The notes under the pieces are model-generated. The model did not search any database, was not told the DNA's origin, and saw only the letters and a program-made list of their open reading frames with translations. Of a stretch of 64,000 bases of DNA, positions 54,630-64,000 are shown piece after piece. A program made the translations under genes and the position numbers. The DNA is from Macrostomum lignano (taxonomy: Eukaryota): positions 62,001 to 126,000 of the forward strand of contig NIVC01002498.1 in the NCBI GenBank assembly GCA_002269645.1. The letters run 5' to 3'. The first letter of the stretch is position 1; each line of letters starts with the position of its first letter.

Positions 54630-55565
54630 GTACATGGAAATCTCTCTCTTTGGGCAAGCGCCGCCATGTTGTGTACATAGAATCTCTCTCATTGGACAGG
54701 CGTTGATGTACATAGAATCTCTCTCATTGGACAGGCGTTGATGTACATAGAATCTCTCTCATTGGACAGGCGTTGATGTACATAGAATCTCTCTCATTGG
54801 ACAGGCGTTGATGTACATAGAATCTCTCTCATTGGACAGGCGTTGATGTACATAGAATCTCTCTCATTGGACAGGCGTTGATGTACATTGAAATCTCTCT
54901 CTTAGGACAGGCGTTGATGTACATTGAAATCTCTCTCTTAGGACAGGCGTTGATGTACATTGAAATCTCTCTCTTAGGACAGGCGTTGATGTACATTGAA
55001 ATCTCTCTCTTAGGACAGGCGTTGTGTACATACAAATCACTCTCATTGGACAGGCGTTGATGTACATTGAAATCTCTCTCTTAGGGCAGGCGTTGTGTAC
55101 ATACAAATCACTCTCATTGGACAGGCGTTGATGTGCATAGAAATCTCTCTCTTAGGACAGGCGTTGATGTACATAGAATCTCTCTCATTGGACAGGCGTT
55201 GATGTACATTGAAATCTCTCTCTTAGGACAGGCGTTGATGTACATTGAAATCTCTCTCTTAGGACAGGCGTTGTGTACATACAAATCACTCTCATTGGAC
55301 AGGCGTTGATGTACATTGAAATCTCTCTCTTAGGGCAGGCGTTGTGTACATACAAATCACTCTCATTGGACAGGCGTTGATGTACATTGAAATCTCTCTC
55401 TTAGGGCAGGCGTTGTGTACATACAAATCACTCTCATTGGACAGGCGTTGATGTACATTGAAATCTCTCTCTTAGGGCAGGCGTTGTGTACATACAAATC
55501 ACTCTCATTGGACAGGCGTTGATGTACATTGAAATCTCTCTCTTAAGGCAGGCGTTGTGTACATG
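54630..55565. repeat. 35-38-bp minisatellite (TTGGACAGGCGTTGATGTACATAGAATCTCTCTCA variants)
   Basis: Seen directly in the sequence. Confidence 0.94.
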
Positions 55566-55914
55566 TACTTCAGTATATCTCTTTGTCGTATTGTGTGACT
55601 TCGTAATTGTGCACAGTATAATCAATTGTTCTTATTGACTTGACTGACAATTTCTTCATTTGAGCAGTGTGAGCCGTCTTCTTGCACCTGAATGGCATTC
55701 AGAATAAAAAAGAATCTCGCTGTGCTGCATCTGCAGGCGCCCTTCTGAGTTATCCATATAATAGATTATTCTCATTCATACAGATTCCCCTCTCTAGATC
55801 CCTAAGGATGTCATTCCGTTTGCATTAGCTGCTGGTGTCAGGGACACAAGTTACTTTTGTGAGGCTCGTAAATGGATCGACGATTTGAATCGACGATAGC
55901 CTCCAGCCTAGTGA

Positions 55915-56215
55915 AGGGGATGAAAGGACAATAAAGGGGATGGGAGGATAATGAAGGGGACGGGAGGACAATGAAGGGGATGGGAGGATAATGAAGGGGA
56001 CGGGAGGACAATGAAGGGGATGGGAGGACAATAAAGCGGATGGGAGGACAATGAAAGGGATGGGAGGACAATAAAGCGGATGGGAGGACAATGAAGGGGA
56101 TGGGAGGACAATGAAGGGGATGGGAGGACAATGAAGGGGATGGGAGGACAATGAAGCGGATGGGAGGACAATGAAGAGGATGGGAGGACAATGAAGAGGA
56201 TGGGAGGACAATGAA
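55915..56215. repeat. 20-bp repeat (GGGATGGGAGGACAATGAAG)n
   Basis: Seen directly in the sequence. Confidence 0.93.
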
Positions 56216-56558
56216 GATTCTCAGAAAAAGGAACGTTTGAGAAGATAATGAACGAAATACGAGGTCAAACTACGGGGCTGGGGGGTCAGAGTCGGGTTGT
56301 ATGGAAACACGTGAAATGAGCACTTTCTGGTGAGTGAGGGAGAGGCGAGATAAAAAAACTGAAAATCAGGAATCTTACATAAAAATGAAATTGAATTGCT
56401 CATACTAATTGAAGCGGAGAGGGCAGAGGCCGTAAAGTGGCGGAGAGACAGACAGGTAATTGGAGTGAAGAAGGCGGCCCAGCTGCTCTGTGATTGGCGG
56501 AGCACCTGAGCAATGGCTGAGTAGCTCTCTGAGCAGTCAGTTTAATTACTTAAGCTGC

Positions 56559-59500
56559 ATGGCCTTGGCCCAGCCAGCAGCTCCATCAACTCATCAAGCT
56601 AGCAGTTCTCAAACAGAGGCAGCATCCAATCGAAGCTTCATCATGTCTGAACGCGCCGCAGCCAGCAACAGCCTGCAGTTGTGCGAACGCAACGAGAGCG
56701 TCATTAGCAACGGGTCGTTTAATTCGTACGAGTTGAGCGTCGGCCCGGTCGGCACGGAGGGCTCGGGCTCGCCACTGATGCCAAGTCCCGGTGAGAGAAC
56801 TTTGCAACCGTGACTGGCGGCTGAGTTGGCGTGGGAATGGACTTTGAGTCAAATTTTGCCACTTTCAGATGACACTCTTCCCTGTCTGATCATATCGCGG
56901 ATGGAGGTGAAGTTGCTCTTTTATGACCTACGAGTCTGTATCTACTGGTGCTGGGTGGGAGCGCTGTTGGGGGGCACTGCTAGGGGCACTGTTTTGGGGG
57001 CACTGTTCAGGGGCACTGTTCGAGGGCACTGTTTTGGGGGCATTGTTTGGGGGCACTGTTCGGGGGCACTGTTCGGGGGCATTGTTCGAGGGCACTGTTC
57101 GAGGGCACTGTTCGGGGAAACTGTTCAGGGGCACTGTTAGGGTGGAGCACTGTTCGGGGGCACTGTTAGGGGGGAGCACTGTTCGGGGCACTGTTAGGGG
57201 GGAGCACTGTTCGGGGGCACTGTTAAGGGGGAGCACTGTTCGGGGCACTGTTAGGGGGGAGCACTGTTCGGGGGCACTGTTAGGGGGGAGCACTGTTCGG
57301 GGGCACTGTTAGGGGGGAGCACTGTTCGGGGCACTGTTAGGGGGCACTGTTCGGGGGAAACTGTTGGGAAGTACTATTAAGTGATTCACTCAGGCTCATG
57401 CTTAATTCTGCATAATGCATAATTCTCATCCCTGACTATGCCATCTGCGAATTGGCAGAAAATTCCATTGAAGGATTTCAGCAGCGAGGTTCGCGCCAAC
57501 CTGGACATCGAGCGCTTCTTGAAGGAGGCGACGCTGCTGCTGGATGTGGAGGCGGACAACGCCGAGGCCATCGTTTGTCGAATGCTGCAGGCTGTGTTCC
57601 GTGCTGAGCGACAGGCCGCATCTTCGGGCACGTCAGCTGCGGCTTCTTGCGACCCGGCCGAGGACCCGGCCGAGTCCTGGGTGGACAGCCGCGTCCAGGA
57701 GGCCATGCGGGCGCTGTTTCTGCGGGTGGGATGGATGGAGTTGAGCTGTGAGTGAGGCTGGGCTAGATGAAGCTGTGAGTGAGGCTGGGCTGGATGGAGC
57801 TGTGAGTGAGGCTGGGCTAGATGGAGCTGTGAGTGAGGCTGGGCTAGATGGAGCTGTGAGTGAGGCTGGGCTAGATGAAGCTGTGGGTGAGTCTGGGCTA
57901 GATGGAGCTGAGCTGTGAGTGAGGCTGGGCAGGATGGAGCCGTGAGTGAGGCTGGGCTAGATGGAGCTGTGAGTGAGGCTGGGCTAGATGGAGCTGTGAG
58001 TGAGTCTGGGCTAGATGGAGCTGTGAGTGAGGCTGGGCTAGATGGAGCTGAGTGAGTCTGGGCTAGATGTAGCTGTGAGTGAGTCTGAGCTGGATGGAGC
58101 TGAGCTGTGAGTGAGGCTGGGCAGGATGGAGCCGTGAGTGAGGCTGAGCTGGATGAAGCTGAGCTGTGAGTGAGGCTGGGCAGGATGGAGCCGTGAGTGA
58201 GGCTGAGCTGTGAGTGAGGCTGGGCTGGATGGAGCAAACTAGTTTGCCAGCTGTACAAAGAACATTACTGTACTACAAAATATTTGCATCTTGCCCGAAA
58301 GCCTGGTGAGACCTCGGGCACCTGTTGTGAATAAAAAGGCCAGGTGTTTTTCTAGCATAGTTGTTTTTTTATTTCGTCAACAATCGCGGTTTTAGAGTAA
58401 GAGAGTAAATCACCATTTTTTAGTCAAGCCTTTGATCAGAGCCAGTATAAAGCTTTTGTGTCGCTCAGTGGCAGTATGCCGGATGTTCAAACAGATTTTT
58501 AAACAAGGGCGTTTCCAGCTACTCAATCCATCTGACTGTTTCGTGGTTTTTTGTTTTATTTTAGTGCTCAAAGTTTTTGTAATTTCTATTCTAGTACATA
58601 ATTAGAATATGAATTACTAGTTATGTTAAGATCGGTTTGGGATCAGATGGTGCCGGGGCTGGGAGTGAGGTGGGTGTCGGGACTGGTAGTGAGGTGGGTG
58701 TCGGGGCTGGGAGTGAGGTGGGTGTCGGGACTGGTAGTGAGGTGGGTGTCGGGGCTGGGAGTGAGGTGGGTGTTGGGGCTGGGAGTGAGGTGGGTGTCGG
58801 GGCTGGGAGTGAGGTGGGTGTCGGGGCTGGGAGTGAGGTGGGTGTCTGGGCTGGGAGTGAGGTGAGTGTCTGGGCTGGGAGTGAGGTGGGTGTTGGGGCT
58901 GGGAATGAGGTGGGTGTCTGGGCTGGGAGTGAGGTGGGTGTCGGGGCTGGGATTGAGGTGGGTGTCGTGTCTGGGAGTGAGGTGGGTGTCGGAGCTGGGA
59001 GTGAGGTGAGTGTCGGGACTGATACTGAGGTGGGTGTCGTAGAACTTGGTGAGTTGGGCCTCGAAGTCCGAAAGGCGTCAAATTATAATAATCCATCCTT
59101 ATCTCTCTACTGATTTATCATTGCAGACCAGCGCTTGGCCAAGACGATCAGAAGTGTATCAATTCTTGATAACGACGGCTTAAAGACTGATAACAGCTGG
59201 CTGTGCACCATGTGAGCTCGTGGAAGAGTCTTTTAGAGCATTTAAAAAGACTCAACAAGATAGAAAAATACTCGATTTCCAAAATCTCTAGTAGAAGAAA
59301 TTCGATAGTCTTCTTTATCTAAGGAAAATAATGAATCTGAAAAGAAGTCAAAGGTTTGCGTGACATTAAGCAGAATAAAATTAGTCACGGATTCAACCGA
59401 TCTGGGCAATAATTTGAGCAGGATATTACATTTCATCCAGTGAGGCACCGGTCCCACCGCAGTCTGTGCTCGATAGGAAAATAGCAACAGTGCCATTTGA

Positions 59501-62500
59501 TATCTGAAGTCCCACCGGCAGTGGATTAGGAATCTTGCTTTTAATCTTCAGTGTGGTATTAAAGATTCACTGGAAGCCTTGCATCTAGAATTTCAATTGC
59601 TAAATTGTAAATGGATGAATGGATTTCATCTGCCTAGGCTAGTGTATTCTAAGGATGTCTAGCTCTAGCCAAGCCCTGTCTAACACTAGCCAATCCCTGT
59701 CTAACACTAGCCAAGCCCTGTCTAACACCGCAGGTGCTCACTGAGAGATCTGAACAAGCGCCACGTGGCCATCGCTCGGCTCCGCAGTCCGGTGAACTTG
59801 GGCCGCGACTCCGAAGGCGTCAACTTCGTCCTGCTCGTCCTGACGCCCACAAAGGAGGTGCGGAAAGACCCCAGTTAGAAAATAATGAACACTTCAGAAA
59901 AGTTTCAGAAACAATCTTTCCAAGTTTTCTCTTTGTAGAAAGGTACAAAGAATGACATCGAGCTTGGCCGAACGTTCGCCAGCATCCTAGTCGACGCCGA
60001 GCTCCGCCGCCGGCTGCTGCACGCCCAGTCGGAGCGCGAGTTCACCCAGCTGCTGCAGGTTCAGGCGCGCGACCTGCGCGAAGAACAGCGCGCTTGTAAG
60101 CGCAGAAGTCTGCGCGCCCAGGATTTTATGACTGAGACGTTTAACTATGTGAGCGATGGGGGTGTGGGCCGTCCAGAATGTACATAGGAGAACCATTGAC
60201 TCCACCCAGAATGTACATAGGAGAACCATTGGCTCCACCCAGAATGTACATAGGAGAACCATTGACTCTGCCCAGGATGTACATAGGAGAACCATTGACT
60301 CTGCCCAAAATGTACATAGGAGAACCATTGACTCTGCCCAGGATGTACATAGGAGATCCATTGACTCTGCCCAGGATGTACATAGGAGAACCATTGACTC
60401 CACCCAGAATGTACATAGGAGAACCATTGACTCTGCCCAGGATGTACATAGGAGAATCATTGACTCTGCCCACAATGTACATAGGAGAACCATTGACTCT
60501 GCCCAGGATGTACATAGGAGAACCATTGACTCTGCCCACAATGTACATAGGAGAACCATTGACTCTGCCCAGGATGTACATAGGAGAATCATTGACTCTG
60601 CCCACAATGTACATAGGAGAACCATTGACTCTGCCCAGGATGTACATAGGAGAACCATTGACTCCACCCAGAATGTACATAGGAGAACCATTGACTCTGC
60701 CCACAATGTACATAGGAGAACCATTGACTCTGCCCACAATGTACATAGGAGAACCATTGACTCTGCCCACAATGTACATAGGAGAACCATTGACTCTGCC
60801 CAGGATGTACATAGGAGAACCATTGACTCTGCCCACAATGTACATAGGAGAACCATTGACTCTGCCCAGGATGTACATAGGAGAACCATTGACTCCGCCC
60901 ACAATGTAACATTGGAGAATCATTGACTCCACCCAGAATGTGCATAGGAGAATCACTGACTCCGCACAGAATGTACATTGGAAAATATCTGACTCTCACA
61001 GTGTGTACAATCGAGAATGATCTGATCATTAAGTTTGAATTGAATGTACATTCATCAAACCAAGAAGAGAGCATCCTGCACCGAGTAACCGGGTGAAGTG
61101 CACTTTCAGGACAGCACTTGGCTCCTGTGCAACGGCATCAGGGCTGATCTCAAACGGCGATTTCCCCACTATCTGTCCGACTTCGCCGATGGTAAAGAAT
61201 GAATAAATTTTACGATATTTTAAATCAATCTTGTCTATGTTGAGTCTGAACCGCACTTTTTAAATTGCAGGTTTCCGAGGCCCCAAAACGCTAAATAAAG
61301 TGGCGAGCACGATCGTGTTTTTGTACTTTGCATGCCTGATGCCCTGCATCGCTTTCGGAGTGCTGAACAGCCGGCAGACTGGGGGAGCGCTGAGTGAGAG
61401 CCGTTTAGCATCGGCTGTAATTTATACTTTATTCCTGCCTGCCGCGCTCAGCCAATCAGAGAGAACCTGAGACCCCTCTCTACTTCCCTCCCCGCGATCA
61501 GCCAATCAGAGATAACATTAGACCCCTCTCTACTTCCCTCCCTACGCTCAGCCAATCAGAAAGAACCTGAGGCCTCATAATTGAATTTATTACTCATTCC
61601 TAAATTTCTTTTAATTTAACCCGATCTCGTAGCGGTGGAGCACGTGATTTTGTCCCAGTGCATCGGCGGCGTCGCCTTCGCCCTGATTGGCGGTCAACCT
61701 TTGATCGTGCCGCTGACGACGGCACCGATTGCCCTCTACACGCGCAGTGAGTCTGAAGGATTGGGTATGGGGTGCAGGACAGGGTGTGGGATGGAGGGCT
61801 TGGTTTTGGATGGCGGACTGGGTGTGGGGTGCAGGACAGGGTGTGGGGTGCAGGACAGGGTGTGGGGTGCAGGTCAGGGTGTGGGGTGAAGGACTGGGTG
61901 TGGGGTGCAGGTCAGGGTGTGGGGTGCAGGACTGGGTGTGGGATGGAGGACTGGGTGTGGGGTGCAGGACTGGGTGTGGGGTGCAGGACTGGGTGTGGGG
62001 TGCAGGACTGGGTGTGGGGTGCAGGACTGGGTGTGGGGTGCAGAACTGGATGTGGGGTGCAGGACAGGGTGTGGGGTGCAGAACTGGATGTGGGATGGAG
62101 GACTGGGTGTGGGATGGAGGACTAGGTGTGGGGTGCAGGACTGGGTGTGGGGTGCAGGACTGGGTGTGGGGTGCAGGACTGGGTGTGGAGTGCAAGACTG
62201 AGTGGGGGATTGTGGATTGGTGTGGGGTGCGGGACTGGGTGTGGGATGGAGGACTGGGTGTGGGGTGCAGGACTGGGTGTGGGATGGAGGACTGGGTGTG
62301 AGGTGAGGACTGTGTGTGAGGTGAGGACTGGGTGTGAGGTGAGGACTGGGTGTGAGCTGCAGGACTGGGTGTGGGGTGCAGGACAGGGTGTGGGGTGCAG
62401 GACTGGGTGTGGGGCGCAAGACTGAGTGGGGGATTGTGGATTGGTGTGGGTGCAGGACTGGGTGTGGGATGGAGGACTGGATGTGGGTGCAGGACTGGGT

Positions 62501-62823
62501 GTGGGGTGAGGACTGGGTGTGGGGTGAGGACTGGGTGTGGGGCGAGAACTGGGTGTGGGGTGAGGACTGTATGTGGCAAAGGTGGCAAGGCCAGCCCACC
62601 CCAATTCCCCACACAGTAATATTCGAGCTGAGCCAGTCCTTTGAGGTGGACTTCCTGGCGCTGTACGGCTGGGTCGGTCTGTTCAACTCCCTGCTGCTGG
62701 TGGCCTTCGCGATGTGCGACCTGAGCAAGTTGATGCGGTGGTCCACTCGCAGCACCGAGGAGATCTTCGCCATTTTTGTGGCCATCACCTTCACGGTGGA
62801 GGCGGTGAAGAGCATCTGGTACA
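56559..62823 (+). CDS. SLC4A11: SLC4A11-like bicarbonate/borate transporter family protein, 5' multi-exon part; continues beyond the window
   Basis: Phase-compatible exons: 56559-56790, 56869-56906, 57459-57725 (KDFSSEVRANLDIERFL), 58251-58305, 59127-59211, 59734-59857 (KRHVAIARL..PVNLG), 59939-60148 (ELGRTFAS), 61110-61191 (GIRADLKRRFPHYLSDFADG), 61271-61393 (FLYFACLMPCIAFG), 61633-61746 (GGQPLIVPLTTAP), 62617-62823 (RSTEEIFAIF). Confidence 0.92.
56965..57365. repeat. Degenerate (GGGGCACTGTTCG) repeat, intronic
   Basis: Seen directly in the sequence. Confidence 0.9.
57743..58232. repeat. ~27-bp repeat (GAGCTGTGAGTGAGGCTGGGCTAGATG)n, intronic
   Basis: Seen directly in the sequence. Confidence 0.92.
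58652..59040. repeat. 24-bp repeat (GGGGCTGGGAGTGAGGTGGGTGTC)n, intronic
   Basis: Seen directly in the sequence. Confidence 0.93.
60175..60990. repeat. 33-bp minisatellite (ATGTACATAGGAGAACCATTGACTCTGCCCAGG)n, intronic
   Basis: Seen directly in the sequence. Confidence 0.95.
61765..62572. repeat. ~19-bp G-rich repeat (GGACTGGGTGTGGGGTGCA)n, intronic
   Basis: Seen directly in the sequence. Confidence 0.93.
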
Positions 62824-62894
62824 GTGAGTTCGGGTGGTCTTTTGTGTGTTCTTTGCCATGGCTTCACCTTGTCTAATGTGCAATTGGCCTTATT

Positions 62895-64000
62895 GCATGT
62901 GTACTGAACTGTACATGATCCGGTGTCTAATGTGCAATCATGTATTCTATTGAATGTGTACTGAACTGCACATGATCCGGTGTCTAATGTGCAATCATGT
63001 ATTCTATTGAATGTGTACTGAACTGTACATGATCCGGTGTCTAATGTGCAATCATGTATTCTATTGAATGTGTACTGAACTGTACATGATCCGGTGTCTA
63101 ATGTGCAATCATGTATTCTATTGAATGTGTACTGAACTGTACATGATCCGGTGTCTAATGTGCAATCATGTATTCTATTGAATGTGTACTGAACTGTACA
63201 TGATCCGGTGTCTAATGTGCAATCATGTATTCTATTGAATGTGTACTGAACTGTACATGATCCGGTGTCTAATGTGCAATCATGTATTCTATTGAATGTG
63301 TACTGAACTGTACATGATCCGGTGTCTAATGTGCAATCATGTATTCTATTGAATGTGTACTGAACTGTACATGATCCGGTGTCTAATGTGCAATCATGTA
63401 TTCTATTGAATGTGTACTGAACTGTACATGATCCGGTGTCTAATGTGCAATCATGTATTCTATTGAATGTGTACTGAACTGCACATGATCCGGTGTCTAA
63501 TGTGCAATCATGTATTCTATTGAATGTGTACTGAACTGTACATGATCCGGTGTCTAATGTGCAATCATGTATTCTATTGAATGTGTACTGAACTGTACAT
63601 GATCCGGTGTCTAATGTGCAATCATGTATTGTATTGAATGTGTACTGAATTGTACATGATCCGGTGTCTAATGTGCAATCATGTATTGTATTGAATGTGT
63701 ACTGAATTGTACATGATCCGGTGTCTAATGTGCAATCATGTATTGTATTGAATGTGTACTGAATTGTACATGATCCGGTGTCTAATGTGCAATCATGTAT
63801 TCTATTGAATGTGTACTGAACTGCACATGATCCGGTGTCTAATGTGCAATCATGTATTGTATTGAATGTGTACTGAACTGTACATGATCCGGTGTCTAAT
63901 GTGCAATCATGTATTCTATTGAATGTGTACTGAATTGTACATGATCCGGTGTCTAATGTGCAATCATGTATTGTATTGAATGTGTACTGAATTGTACATG
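62895..64000. repeat. 57-bp minisatellite, intronic, running off the end of the window
   Basis: Unit ATGATCCGGTGTCTAATGTGCAATCATGTATTCTATTGAATGTGTACTGAACTGTAC; ~19 copies. Confidence 0.96.

Noticed and set aside
59987-62815. Repeat-derived ORFs in SLC4A11 introns (33-bp and 19-bp arrays)
   Set aside because: Low-complexity translations of intronic minisatellites.

Overview
Eukaryotic (metazoan) genomic DNA. GC-rich exons and a minisatellite in almost every large intron suggest a flatworm such as Macrostomum; this is inference only. Left (minus strand): the 5' half of a DPP4-family (DPP6/DPP10-like) gene, with several candidate alternative first exons spread out to about 26 kb. Centre: a complete 15.1-kb Polinton/Maverick element at 33723-48837, with AGTAGT termini, ~550-580-bp imperfect TIRs and a perfect 6-bp TSD (TATCGC). 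It carries an integrase with chromodomain, minor and major capsid proteins, an adenain-like protease, a packaging ATPase and pPolB. Its unusual cargo is a TATA-binding-protein (TBP)-like gene and a tandem PC4-domain gene. pPolB appears to be spliced to an upstream exon encoding ~27 DTGGGSAGS repeats. Most element genes are broken; the breaks I traced are single-base frameshifts, which may be assembly errors. A truncated Crypton/DUF3504-like ORF lies just outside the left TIR. Right (plus strand): the 5' part of an SLC4A11-like anion/borate transporter gene. About 30 tandem-repeat arrays and one tRNA-derived SINE were also found. No rRNA, intact tRNA or CRISPR array was found.
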